Under the pieces are notes generated by a model. That model saw only the letters and a program-made list of their open reading frames with translations, made no database searches and was not told the origin of the DNA. Below, one piece after another: positions 23,643-36,807 of a stretch of DNA of 64,000 nucleotides. Location: positions 5,084,001 through 5,148,000 of the forward strand of contig CATNEN010000011.1 in NCBI GenBank assembly GCA_950097015.1. The letters are read 5' to 3'. The position numbers and the translations under genes were made by a program. The stretch comes from Macrostomum hystrix (Eukaryota > Animalia > Platyhelminthes). Position 1 is the first letter of the stretch. Every line of letters begins with the position of its first letter.

Positions 23643-25864
23643 TGTCACAGCCTTGGATGCGCTGAAATACATAAATTAACTTCTACATACAGAAAAACGT
23701 GAGAAGAATTATTTGAAGCTTTTAAATAAAACTCAACGTACTGTAAGTCAGCTTGGTTGATGGTTTTTTCCATGTGTAATTTAATAGTTAAATGTTCTCG
23801 AGTTAAATAAAAATACCTCTGAAGCTTACAGATATAAATTGTAAAAAATGTAATTTTAAAATACTTTCTAGTTGTTAAAAAATTTTTTTATAATTAATAA
23901 ATTTGTTTTGTATTAAAATATTATTTAAAGTAACTGCGTTTGTTATAACTCGTTGTGACAAAAACGAGAACATTCGTTACGTAAGAACTACTAACAATAT
24001 AATACTGTAGTGCTCCATGTTTTTATGGTGAAGAAACTTAAGGTTGTTATATCTAAAATTCATAAAGCAATAAAATGTTTCCGAAACGTAACTTTTTAAA
24101 AGAATGCACTCGGCATATGGATATTAAGTTTTAGAAATCAGAACAATTCTGACCAGCCAAACTTCCTTGACAGCACAACTGTAGACGATTCAAGCTACAA
24201 ATGTGGCTACAAATGTAGCTACAAATGAAGAGTGCCTATTGGCTGAGCAATAATGAACAACAATGTTGTAAAAATATTTTTTCGCACTCGCTTTTTACAC
24301 ATTTTTCTTTTAAAGTTAACTAAGCAGTAGAGGAAAACTTTAAAGCGCGCAGGACACTGACAGCTAACTATTTGTCCTTCGTCCTCTTAACTTTTACTTT
24401 AACAGCTTTATGAAATAGACGGAATATAATAAAACGATAAATCTGCGACATTTTGTTTATATTTTGTTTGAATACATGTAGATTGTGTACATTTGTGGTA
24501 ACGCTAAAATATTTGTTTAAATGCACTATTAATATATTGTTTAAAATGAAACATTTTGGTACAAATACAAAGTACAGGAGCAGAATTCAGGGAAAACCTC
24601 AACCTTATTCGACTTGTGGTTTTATACAAGTTCGTATAAAATACTCCGAAGTGTTCTTTCATTCTTTATAAGACGTACGGAGACAAATACTAAGAGAATT
24701 CAAGATAAAGAGAAGTAGAAAGTACACTTGCGATCATTGGTAACGCTCTTCGGAAAGTCTATACTCAGAAATACATGAATACGATAAAGTAATCAGCCAG
24801 AATAACTAAATACTTTACTAGACTAACTAAATGCGCTACTAAGATGAACTAAATACGATACTTATAGACTAACTAAATACGCTACCAAGAAATTCTTTTA
24901 AATATATAAAATACATTGAAATTGAATGTATTGAAATTGAAATTAAATTAAAATACCTATGTAAACAACTTTTGTAGAATATTAAAAATTAAAAAATACC
25001 GCAACTTTGGTGGCATAGTAATTAGTCCTAGGACAACTTTGGTGACATCATATCCTTAGTGATAATTAAAAAGAGAAGCACTAGGACAACTGGCAACATT
25101 GGGATAAAGACTTTACTACGAAGTTAGGGCTACGACATTTATATTGCAAAAAGTGTTGTCTCATCAAAGGCCTTTGATTCGGATCAATTAATTAAATAAA
25201 AATGTAGTTAAGAAATTTAAATAAATTTTCAAGACCCTGTAATGCATTTTTACATGGTAAAAACAACGAAGCATTTGCACTTTAACAGTTAAAAGTGCAT
25301 GTGACTGTGCATATTTGCAATATATATTTCTTTTCCAACTTTAGAAGCTTTCTTATTGCACAGAACACAAAATGACAAAAAATAATGAAAAGCAAAGCGT
25401 GTTTTTAATGCAGAAAAGCTGCTAATAACGAAATGAGAATATTAATAATTCAATTGAGAACAAAACAAATTTAGTAAAAACTCAGTTTGCGCTACAAACA
25501 AGCACTTTGTAAATCTGAAAAAATAAATACCATGAATCCATGATACTCAAAATTATTCACAATGGAAAAATACAGTTTGACTTGCGTCAAAAACAATTGT
25601 GAAAATATAATAGCCAAATTCTTTCACTATTGACTTAATATAGACTTTTGCAATAACCAACATAAAATCTGTTTTGATTCAAGCAAGCATAAAATATTTC
25701 ATAACAATAAACTAATTTAACTGAAATAATAACAACATATCCTAACAAATAAATAAATATTAGCCCAGAAAATAGCGTCCATCGACACTTGCAAGATAGA
25801 AACGTTTATTTAACCGGTTTTAAAGCTGTAGCTGACTGTAGTTACCGCACCAATTCAACAACCG

Positions 25865-26410
25865 AGATTCTAGCTGCGATTCTAGCAACGGTTCTTGCTG
25901 CGATACTAGCTTTGGTTCTTGCTGCGATACTAGCTTTGGTTCTTGCTGCGATACTAGCTTTGGTTCTAGCTGCGATACTAGCTTTGGTTCTTGCTGCGAT
26001 ACTAGCTTTGGTTCTTGCTGCGATACTAGCTTTGGTTCTTGCTGCGATTCTAGCTTTGGTTCTTGCTGCGATTCTAGCTTTGGTTCTTGCTGCGATACTA
26101 GCTTTGGTTCTTGCTGCGATTCTAGCTTTGGTTCTTGCTGCGATACTAGCTTTGGTTCTTGCTGCGATTCTAGCTTTGGTTCTTGCTGCGATTCTAGCTT
26201 TGGTTCTTGCTGCGATACTAGCTTTGGTTCTTGCTGCGATTCTAGCTTTGGTTCTTGCTGCGATTCTAGCTTTGGTTCTTGCTGCGATTCTAGCTTTGGT
26301 TCTTGCTGCGATTCTAGCTTTGGTTCTTGCTGCGATTCTAGCTTTGGTTCTTGCTGCGATACTAGCTTTGGTTCTTTCTGCGATTCTAGCTTTGGTTCTT
26401 GCCGCGATTC
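25865..26410. repeat. 24-bp minisatellite (GCTTTGGTTCTTGCTGCGAT(A/T)CTA), ~22 copies
   Basis: Perfect tandem array just past the FAM102 stop; one stray unit near 26715-26735. Confidence 0.95.
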
Positions 26411-26474
26411 CAAAAATAGTTTTCAGACAAATAGATTTTGTAATAGGTGTTCAAACCAAGTGAGGAGTCTGCAG

Positions 26475-28673
26475 TCATGAGTACAGATAATTAAAAGTGC
26501 GGCCGTGTTCAGTTATCGGAGGGCCAACAATACGAATGCCTTCCTGTTCCAAAACTTCACGAACGATTTTAAAATTGTCCGTCCTAGTGTTGGCGATGCG
26601 GCTGTTTGCTTCTCTGGTCGATGTGAGGGCAACCTGTAGGAGGTTCGGCACCACGGCTGATTGCAACTAAGATTTCTAAGAATCATGTAGTACGCTTGCT
26701 TTTTAAGCAATTGTTCCTGCTGCGATTCTAGCTACAGATATTGTAGCTTGAATTTTAAAGTAGATTATTTAGAACCCTTATCTAAATCTCTAATGCCATC
26801 AACCCGTTTTTTACTTTTAATTTTTCAATTGAAGTACTTTACCCGTTTTCTCTCCAGACTGGATGGCAAATGAAGGTCAAACGACGGCACACTAGACGAC
26901 TGACTCGGACTGGAAAATAAATTAGAGAAAATTCAACGATCAGAGAGGGTGAGAAAGTGAGACAGTAAAAATCGGTTATCGAACTCAAGACGCTGTGGTA
27001 TCGCAAGAATTAACTGAGACTCACACTAGGGTATCCTGCTCTAAACTGTTAGTCCGGCTGTGCGTCCTGAAGGAGCCGAATGAGAAATTTGACGAATTTC
27101 GACAATGAGCAGCAGCAGCAGCAGAAGACGAGGTGGCAGCAACAGCAGCAGTAGCTAAAGAGCTATTGGCTGTGGAACTATTCGGATCGATAATTAAATT
27201 TGATATAGCCAGGCGCTCTCCGTGACCAATCAGTTTAGCAGCAACGGCAGCAGCAGCAGCTCCTGAAATTCCATTTTCATCCGCTTCCTTGACGGCCGCC
27301 GAGTCAGCGCCGACCGCTGCAACAGCTGGTGTCGCATGATTTGTCAGCCGCCGAATGCCCAGCCTGAGGGTGCTATTGTCCAGCCTCTGTCTCTGATTAT
27401 AGGGACTCAGAATGCAGCTGTGCTCAGCTGAGTCAGATAGGCCGGCAGCCGATTGAGCCGTGCCGAGCAGTTCAGTCAGGTTGAGCACAGCGAAGCCCAG
27501 TTTTGAGTAGGACCGACCGCCGCGCTCCTCTTTGCGCACGGAGACTCGAAGAGCGACTGGAGGCACGCCAGGACACGAATCACCAAGGCGACAGGCGAAC
27601 TCCATGGGACTCTGATCGACCCAAGCCACCTGCGCGACAACATGATTTTGATTTTATTTCAAGATTCTTGTTATAGTGCATCCACATTCTAGTTTATTTG
27701 AGTTTAAGATTCTAGTTTATTGGAGTTTTAAGATACTAGTTTATTTGAGTTTAAGATTCTAGTTTATTGGAGTTTTAAGATTCTAGTTTATTTGAGTTTA
27801 AGATTCTAGTTTATTGGAGTTTTAAGATACTAGTTTATTTGAGTTTAAGATTCTAGTTTATTGGAGTTTTAAGATTCTAGTTTATTGGAGCTTAAGATAC
27901 TAGTTTATTGGGGTTTTTTATTTTAGTTTATTGGAGTTTAAGATTCTAGTTTATTGGAGTTTAAGATTCTAGTTTATTGGAGTTTTAAGATTCTAGTTTA
28001 TTTTAGTTTAATATTCTAGTTTTTTGGAGTTTAAGATTCTAGTTCATTGGAATTCAAGATTCTAGTTTATTGGAGTTTAAGATTCAAGTTTATTGGAGTT
28101 TAAGATTCTAATTTATTGGAGTTTAAGATTCTAATTTATTGGAGTTCAAGATTCTAGTTTATTGGAGTTCAAGATTCTAGTTTATTGGAGTTTAAGATTC
28201 TAGTCTATTGGAGTTCAAGATTCTAGTTTATTGGAGTTTAAGATTCTAGTTTATTGGAGTTCAAGATTCTAGTTTATTGGAGTTTAAGATTCTAGTTTAT
28301 TGGAGTTTAAGATTCTAGTCCATTGGAATTCAAGATTCTAGTTTATTTGAGCTTAAGATTCTAGTTTATTTGAGCTTAAGATTCTAGTTTATTTGAGCTT
28401 AAGATTCTAGTTTATTTGAGTTTAATATTCTAGTTTATTACAGTGGGTGACAGCAGTATTTAAGCTCTAACTTTATACCTTATTGTCGCGTATTTCTTTC
28501 CGAGCTGAGTAGGCACAGAATCTGCCACCATTGAGCAGGCGAATCTTAGCAAACAGCACCCCATTGCTAAGTGTGACACCCTCTAGTTCAATGAGTTGAA
28601 GTTGGACCCGTTGTTTGTGAGGACTTCTTTGATCATGATGACTATTTAAGCCCATTTGAGAGCAGCAGAACAT
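26475..28673 (-). CDS. FAM102: FAM102/EEIG family protein (N-terminal NT-C2 domain), 4 exons
   Basis: Exons 28673-28479 (NGVLFAKIRLLNGGRF), 27629-27025 (LRVSVRKEERGGRSYSKLGFAVLNL, RLDNSTLRL), 26909-26843, 26666-26475 (SRIANTRTD). Phases 0/2/0 are consistent; the 3' end is less certain. Confidence 0.85.
27685..28438. repeat. 23-bp AT-rich minisatellite (ATTCTAGTTTATTGGAGTTTAAG) in FAM102 intron 1
   Basis: About 32 tandem units. Confidence 0.95.
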
Positions 28674-31063
28674 GGCTGTCGTAGACTAGCTATTCCTGGA
28701 AGCATAGATATTATAAAAAATTATGAAATAAATTATATATTCAATTAACTGAATTGAATAAGATTCAATCCTATCACTACTATAGGATATAGGATTGATA
28801 GGATCCTATTATTGAATGATTGAATTAATAGTAAACAACTTGCTAGATTACATACATGCGCAACCCCCCAAATCTTAGCCAGCCATGCGACTTAGTTTTT
28901 GCTCTATTTACGACTTAGTTTGCTCTCATTTGCTCTCTTTTTCTCTCCCTTTTTTCCTTTTCTTCATGCCTTCCTTTTTTGTCCCTTGGTCCCCCCTTTG
29001 ATTTTTTTGCGCTTGGTCGATTGGTTTTTGCGACTTACCTTGCTTGGCCCTCATTTTACCCGGCCGGGTGTTGCACATGTATGCTAGATTATATAAATAC
29101 CGTTGATTGGCCAACCTTATTAAACAACAGACAAAGTCACAACCCACAATGTGAATGTTTATTACTTATTAAGCCAAGGTAGCCAGTCAATTTTGGCCAT
29201 AACCATTTCAGCCTCAAAAACTTTTCAGCCCACTTGTAACCCAAAAAACAAAGTTGCAGTAAAGAGAATTACTAAATTGCAGTTAGTTTTGCCCTCCTTC
29301 AAGGGGCCCAGATGATTCTTGAATCTGTGGCTCAAGTTTTGCCTAAACTACAACTTAGTTTTCTCTTGTCTGCAACTTTGTTCTCCCACATCTTTGGTTC
29401 CCTCAACCGCTACTTTATTTTCCATCACCCACTTAACTGCAACGGCATTTTCTATCATCTGCAGCTTTGTTTCTCTCTAAACTACAACATTTTTTCATCT
29501 ATGAGTCTAGGACTTTGTTTGCTTTTTTGCTTCATTTAGGACGTAAAACACAAGTCTTTATGCCTATTTTTACATCATCATCTTCTTTGTTCTTTTTCTC
29601 TTCTTTCTACTTCTCTTCATTCTTATTTTCTCAATTTTCTCTTTTTGGGCTTTTTTCTTTCCCTCTTTGTCCCTTAGTCCTTGAGATTTTATAGCCTTAC
29701 TTTGTTTGACAATCATTTCAATCAGAAAATTCAGCCATTCAGCCAGGTGTTATGTATATATTTTTATCTATCAAAAGAAAAATTAATTTAAATTCAAAAC
29801 ATTTTTCTGTAAGTCAGAAAACTTTGACTAAATATTAGGAAAGTAGGGCCTATTTGATTTAATACATAAAAACCTTATATTCCATTGTGATGAAATTATT
29901 GCCTAAATGTGGATTTATATTCTGTATTTAGAGAGCTTATCACTCTTTTGTGTACCACAGCCATCCACTCAGCGTTTTAAGTACATGAACAGCAGTTATG
30001 GACATTTTACCTCTTAGGCCTAGTCTTATCATAAAACTTAATTGAAATTTTAGATCTACATAACTAGTGCACCAAGCCCCCTTAGGGCGCACTACTGTTT
30101 GGACAAAAAATATTGTGTAGGCCTAAAGCAGGACATGCATAATTCAAGAAAATGTCTGGAAAAATGAGGATAAAAGTAATAAAACTCAAAACTAGAAATA
30201 ACATTATGAATTATGTTAAATATAAATATATTTATTAGTTTGTCCAACTGTCATGCCCTTTAAATGCGCAAGAACCGACTGAAAAAAATTATCAAATGAA
30301 TCAAGTTAGAGCGTTTGATGTGGGCCAAAATGGTTTTAGGATGAAAAAGTTTTGGGACAAAAACACACAACATGGTTTTGGCCGAAGTTGCTTGAGGCCA
30401 AAACAAGAGGTATTCCTAATAAGACTCTAAAATTTCCTATGATAAGTTAGAAGTTAAAACAAATGTTCAAGTAACATATTGTAAGACTAGTGTTTTTAGT
30501 TTTATAAGATCGGCTTGTATCGACAATAATAAGAGAAGGAAACCGATTGAATATGTATTAAAAAATATGATGGAGATTTCCCTTCACAAAAATTAGTCGT
30601 TGGAAAAACACCATTAATATGTGAATATGGTGTACAATGATAAAATCCCCATTAAATATTCACCGATCAAAATTATAGTGATGTAAAGTTATGCACACTT
30701 CGTCTCAATATATATTTCTTTATTTCTAAGAAAAAATAAGTTTATAATTTAGCTTTTCCTCGAACTTTATAACTTGGTCTAACAGTATATAAGCAATAAA
30801 GGCGGCAAAAATTAAAAATATCAACATTTATTGAAAAATGCTGAGTTATAAAACAGTTTTTTAATTTTTCTTTATTTAGCCAAAAACATATGTACGTGCA
30901 AGTATCAAAACGTAAACGAACAAGTTTTTTCCATGATATTAGAAGTTTTGCGACTTGCAATTAAAAATTCTAGTGCATGCCCTTTGCTACAATAATGAGA
31001 TGTAACACGGGGATTAAAATTAAAAAATTGATAATAGTAATACGATTTTAAGATTGACAAGTT

Positions 31064-31975
31064 GTGTGTAACAGCATGGTCGTTATAATTGATATCAGGG
31101 CTGCGTACATCATTGAAGCTTTCAGGCAACTCTCTAACACAGACTTTTACCGGCCTGTCGATTCTGCCTCAAGAAGTAGAACATGTTCTGTAATTAGGGA
31201 AATCTTTCAAGAACTCCGTAGGGATAAGATAATTAGCAACAGTTTACTCAGTTAGTTCCTCCCTTGGAACCCAGGGACAGAATCTTCTACCTGCTCCCTA
31301 AAGTCCACAAGGACACTGCTACCTGGCCCGTTCCCGGCATTCCGCCTGGCAGGCCCATTGTCTCGGACTGCAGTTCGGAGAGCTACATGAGCGCGAAATT
31401 CATTGATTATTTTCTACAACTGAGAGAGTGCAGGATTCCTACATCTGTGACACTGACCATTTCCAAGCTATTATCAACGTCAGTGAGGCGTTCAACAATT
31501 TCCCTGCGCCATCCAGACCGGACCGTCAACTGCTCAGACTCCTTGATATTAATCTTAACCTGAATGATTTCGTTTTTAATGAATGTCGCTTCTTGCAGAT
31601 GATCAAGGGCACCAGCATGGGGAAGACTTTCGCTCCCTCCTATGCCAATATTTTCATGTCCGATTGGGAATCCAGGGCACTGGCAAATGCCCCTTTCACT
31701 CTACGTCGACTGTACAGACGCTATATCGACGACATTTTCATGGTGTTTTTGGGCACAGAAACTCAACTAAAGCAACTCTACCAACATTTGAACGAGTTCG
31801 ACACCAGCATCAGACTCTCTATGCAGTACAGTAAAGACTGTGTCAACTTCCTTGACTGCTTGTATCCCTCACCGAAGTGGGCAATATGAAGGTTTTAACG
31901 ACTTCCATGCATCTACTTCAAGCCGACTGATTCTAGTCATTTGCATAATCCTGACTCCTTCCTCATGATTCATGA
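31064..31975 (+). mobile_element. Penelope-like element reverse transcriptase remnant (frameshifted, motif A deleted)
   Basis: FYLLPKVHK, PGRPIVS, SYICDTDHF, GTSMGKTFAPSYANIFM, YRRYIDDIF, VNFLD and YFKPTD lie across three frames; the DVxSLYTNI motif is absent. Confidence 0.92.
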
Positions 31976-31979
31976 TTGT

Positions 31980-32740
31980 CAAGGACTGTACTGTGCCCTT
32001 AAGCGATCTCGGGTCGGTGTTCTAGAACCCAAGCGAGATGCTGTAGTAATTCAGAAGCGTTTGTCTCGCCAACCTGCTGCCCTGATAAACGTTGGTCGGA
32101 TCAGGTACGAATATCGATTTTGAGTTGAAAGTTTGACTGCGCAGAGCCGCTGAAGTGACTCCAACCTCCACGAAGCCGTTTGGGTCGTAATAGTTGGTTG
32201 ATGTGTCCGTAGAAAACTGGATGGCGTTAATATTGTAACGAAAGAAGTACAGTCCCAGGGTCCGCTTGGCGACCCGTCCCACAAGGCGGCTCTCCTCTCC
32301 TTGCTGTCGCATGTATAAGTCTCCAATTGCGTTGCCTCCCGAGTAATCGTTTAAGCCTGATCAGCTACGTCTGGCCTTGCTTTAGGTTCGCAAAGTCCAC
32401 AGCCTCCAGCCCCATTCTGGACGACACTCCATCGAACTTGGCTCCATCGGTGCTGAATTCCACAGCCTCAGACTTCCACTGCTGAGTCTGGCCGCACACC
32501 AAGTTGTTCCGGCTGGACTCAACGTCTTCGCTCATCTTCCAGGCTGCCCGGAGCTTGGAGCACGCAGCACTCCTGCTGTTGGACATGAACCTGACGATCC
32601 TTGTATTGGCATATGCGTCACAGCCATGCGATGGTAAGCTGATCCCATCATTAGCTAGTTCATCAATGAGGTGGCACACGTTGATGTACTGGAACAGTGA
32701 GCACTGACGACTGGCTGCGTTGAACTGGGCCACGTAGCCC
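31980..32740 (-). other. Unidentified GC-rich coding-like insert (two ORF pieces, 122 aa and ~105 aa)
   Basis: ORFs 32365-32733 and 32022-~32360 on the minus strand interrupt the PLE; a partial inverted copy lies at 36614-36726. No family recognised. Confidence 0.3.
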
Positions 32741-32961
32741 CGTGCAAGCGAAAAAATGTGTTTCGTCTCTGACTAAAAGCGCTTTAATCGACCCTCAATT
32801 TACATCTGGGCCAGGACAATTGCTAATTTAATTTTATTCGGCTTGTCTTATCAAAAATTCTGCAGCTTACTAATGCATCTATTTGAGCATGGCGTGAAAG
32901 CATGAGAAAAGAACCATTGTTGCAATGTTTTAAATTATCCGATATGTCCCACGTATACCTA

Positions 32962-33237
32962 TTTGTCTATTCATTGAGCACATGCGTTTCGATAGTCAAA
33001 ATGTTTATTTTTTCTACAACTTTCTCTTTTTTTAATCGTGTTTCGCGAATCAATAGACCCAGGGCTAGTATTTCTATGCAACAGATCAGAAACTTTGAAG
33101 AAAAAAATTGTTTGCCAGAAAGTTGGCTCAGAAAAAATGTATTTCATTTAAGCAACATTTTACAAAGTAACTTAGACTATAAAGTAAAGAATGCCACCAC
33201 AGAGCACATTCCATGAAAGAGAATAAGTGGAAGCCCT
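32962..33237. repeat. Dispersed direct repeat, copy 1 (copy 2 at 35122-35399)
   Basis: Long identical runs, e.g. GGCTAGTATTTCTATGCAACAGATC and AAGTTGGCTCAGAAAAAATGTATTTC. Confidence 0.9.
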
Positions 33238-33494
33238 ATTCTATTTCGTATCTATCTTTATAAACTATCTATTGATGGATTGTCGTATCTGACAGAGGGA
33301 TTATCGTGTCCTACAGGTGGACTATTGTGTTTAACAGATCGATTGTGGTGTCTAACAGCTGGATTAACGTGTTAAAGAGATGGATTATCGTGTCTTACAT
33401 GCGGATTATCCTGTCAAATAGTGAATTTCCTGTCTAACAGATGGATCTCTATCTTACAGGTGGATATCTATAAGCAGAATTTGTCTTCCATATC

Positions 33495-33775
33495 TTTGGC
33501 ATTCCAACATAAATTCGAATTCTGATAAACTGAATTTCAAATCTGATAAACTCAATTCAGAATCTGATAAACTCAATTTTGAATCTGATAAACTCAATTC
33601 AGAATCTGATAAACTCAATTCAGAATCTGATAAACTCAATTCAGAATCTGATAAACTCAATTTTGAATCTGATAAACTCAATTCAGAATCTGATAAACTC
33701 AATTCAGAATCTGATAAGCTCAATTCAGAATCTGATAAACTCAATTCAGAATCTGATAAGCTCAATTCAGAATCT
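33495..33775. repeat. 21-bp minisatellite (AATTCAGAATCTGATAAACTC), inverted relative of the 39.8-41.2 kb array
   Basis: The reverse complement GAGTTTATCAGATTCTGAATT matches the (C/T)(T/A)GTTTATCAGATTCCGAATT units. Confidence 0.92.
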
Positions 33776-33797
33776 ATGAACCTGGATTAGGATTAGG

Positions 33798-34159
<362 letters not shown>

Positions 34160-34801
34160 TCGGAACGCCAAATACTCCGCTCTCATCCAACTGCAGGGTT
34201 TCTTCATCGACCGCCAGTGGGATTTTGGCTTCCACAACTGCAATAATGAAACCTGTCGGGTGTGTAGACAACATGGCCAATTTGGACAGATCTGTCCAGG
34301 ATCCAACTCTACCAACATGGTATATAGGATCTGCCAGAAAGTCCGTTGCGACTCTAGAAACGTTGTGTACTCAATCTTATGCAGGAGCTGTAATGACCGT
34401 TGTGTCTACATTGGAGAGACAGAAGGGGCCCTTAAAGTCCGACTGCAAGCCCACCTGAGCGACATTAGACTGGCAAAAGATACCCCGGTCTCAAGACATT
34501 TTCGCTCTACAGACCACAGCCTGCTGGACTTACGGTTCATGGGTCTTTGGTACCTCAGCCCTGAATGTGAGACGCACAGAGAGGCAACTCAACGCAGGAG
34601 AAGAGACATGGAACTCAGACTCACTAATCTCCTGAAAACTCAGACCCCAGCTGGCCTGAACTCCATTGACACTAACCGTAGTGCGTGCGTCCCCATCGTC
34701 ATTCCTTATACGGACCACTCTGGACGCATTGTACACGAAATCCGTTCGGTTATCGCTGACCATGCCAGTGACTTGAGCACAGTGGCAGCGTACACACGCT
34801 C
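34160..34801 (+). mobile_element. Penelope-like element GIY-YIG endonuclease fragment with Cys linker (Neptune-like)
   Basis: Open frame CNNETCRVC...CDSRNVVYSILCRSCNDRCVYIGET...RLQAH...VSRHF...ELRLTNLLKTQTPAGLN, bounded on both sides by TATC repeats. Confidence 0.9.
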
Positions 34802-35121
34802 ATCTATCTATTTATCTATCGGTAGTGGCAAGCATTCATTTGCACTACTGCTTGAGTAGTCTGGTTTTTGTACGGCATAGGCTGGTTCCAGATGGTAGTT
34901 CCTCTGGATAAAAGCGCTTACCGCGCCCATTGGCTTTCCAGCTGCCTTAATCGTTTCCGGTGATCTTGTGTGCGTGCATTCAGCGTGATTGGCTGCGGCA
35001 AGCAAGCTCGAAACTCGCTTTCGAGCTCGCTGCGATTCTCGCTTTCTATATCTATCTATCTATCTATCTAGAGATAGAAAAGTAGAGATATAACTATGTA
35101 GCTCGTGTGTATATCTATTTA

Positions 35122-35399
35122 ATTGTCTATTCGTTGAGCACTTTCGTTTCAATAGTCAAAAAGTTTATATTTTTATCTACTTTCACATTCTCAATCGTCT
35201 CCTTCGAAAATCAATAGACCCAAGGCTAGTATTTCTATGCAACAGATCTACCTTTTTTTTCAAAAAAAATTTTGCTTAGCTGAAAGTTGGCTCAGAAAAA
35301 ATGTATTTCTTTTAAGCAACATTTTACAAAGTAACTAAGACTATGCAGTAAAGAATGCCACAGGAGCACATTCCACGAAAGAGAATAAATAGAAGCCCT
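35122..35399. repeat. Dispersed direct repeat, copy 2
   Basis: Aligns by eye to 32962-33237. Confidence 0.9.
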
Positions 35400-35580
35400 G
35401 AAAACGCAAAACAACAGCTCCACTATTCTTTCAATTAATTGTTAGTCAGCAACTGCAATCTATAAATCTGTCTATCTATATAAACTATCTACCTATCTAC
35501 TGTGAGCAAATCTAAATTCTCAACCTGCACTTTACTGCGCTGACTTAGATCCAGGGCCAGCGACAGTGATAACAGAAGAC

Positions 35581-35793
35581 ATGGCCTTCTCAAGTAAGCA
35601 GAGACTGCCACTGCTGCTGCTGACTGGGGCCCTACTGCTAGCTGCTCTGGCGCCGCCATCAGTGTTCAAGGTCGACGCCCTGGTTGATTTGCCGGAACCT
35701 AACTCAATGCAAGTTTTTTTGTGCAGAGCATTTCGCAAGGCCGGTATAAATCCGTCTGCCCTGGAGGAATTCGGCTGCCCTGGAGTTAACTGA
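35581..35793 (+). CDS. Candidate small secreted peptide precursor (70 aa)
   Basis: MAFSSKQR + hydrophobic core LPLLLLTGALLLAALA + VDA| cleavage-like site; mature part LVDLPEPNSMQVFLCRAFRKAGINPSALEEFGCPGVN* has two Cys; GC-rich versus flanks; TATATAAA near 35476. Confidence 0.55.
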   Translation: MAFSSKQRLPLLLLTGALLLAALAPPSVFKVDALVDLPEPNSMQVFLCRAFRKAGINPSALEEFGCPGVN

Positions 35794-35945
35794 CTTTGCT
35801 GAGCCCATAGAAACTAAACTTATGGTCATTCATTCTCACTCAGCTGCTAAACGTACGCATGGTCCTAATATCCTATTCTCCAATAATAAGTGTCTCGTTT
35901 ACTGTCAAAATAAGGTCGCTCAATCTTGGTTTATCTAAATATACA

Positions 35946-35984
35946 GACCCTGAAAAAGGCCCGGCCAGAGCCAAAATATTGGTC
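35946..35984 (+). ncRNA. Decayed minimal type I hammerhead ribozyme (PLE pseudo-LTR relic)
   Basis: GACC-CTGAAAA-A-GGCCC-GGCCA-GAGCC-AAA-ATAT-T-GGTC gives stem I, core, stem II and a palindromic stem III, with G8 and G12 replaced by A. Confidence 0.6.
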
Positions 35985-36807
35985 CGTCGATAATTGCTTA
36001 AAACGAAGACGGAAGTCTTCTCTGTGTTGTGATCTTTGCATTTCGTCTACTTACTCCCAGGAGCAGTGATAAAGTTCTCCTTAGCTTTACTTTGTAATTT
36101 GTAAGCCTTGAAATTCAAAATGCAGTGATTCCTGAGTGACCATATTCACACTATAATGACACCGCAGGTATCAGCCTGGATCATTGTGTGGAATCAACTC
36201 AGAGACCAACGCCCCGAATCTAACATTAGCTCTAGGAGCATTGTTTGTTCGCAAAAAATGCGTTTGACTTACCGGAATCGGAGTTGAGGTCAGCTGAACG
36301 ACCAGGTGAATGCGATGCGAGACCATGAGCAGAGACCGCGGCGCACTTGGAGATGAATTGAAACGCCTATCTAAGTCCTCGGAAGCCCATCGGAAGCCAA
36401 CTTGCCAGCCAGTAGGGATGTCAGTTGGGCTGGACGTTACAGCGGCCTCCTCGATAGCAGTCGACCGACGGAGAAGGCAGGACTCATAGTGTGACTCAAT
36501 AGTGTCCTGGGTATTGCCTGACAGGTTTCTGCGTTTGACTTCAGTCGGCGAATGCAGGCGTCTGAAGGCATGGCATGGCGAATAAAGGTACGCAGTTGCT
36601 CAGGACCCAGTAAGCAACGCAATCGAAGACTTACACATTCGACAGCAAGGAGAGGGGAGCTGCCTTTTGGGACGGGTCACCAAGCGGACCCTGTGGACTG
36701 TACTTAATTTCGTTTCAATATTAACGTTTTATATTGCCCGGAGTATTCGTACTTGCTGTTGAAAGCCGTTGCACAGACTCGGTCAAGTAAAAAGTTCTGA
36801 GTCAGTC

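Noticed and set aside
25789-26463. 224-aa ALVLAAIL ORF (+) and 197-aa ESQQEPKL ORF (-)
   Set aside because: Both are readouts of a stop-free 24-bp tandem repeat with no splice or start context.
32704-32770. CTGACGA...GAAA hammerhead-like spacing
   Set aside because: Stem II does not close next to GAAA, and stems I and III do not form.
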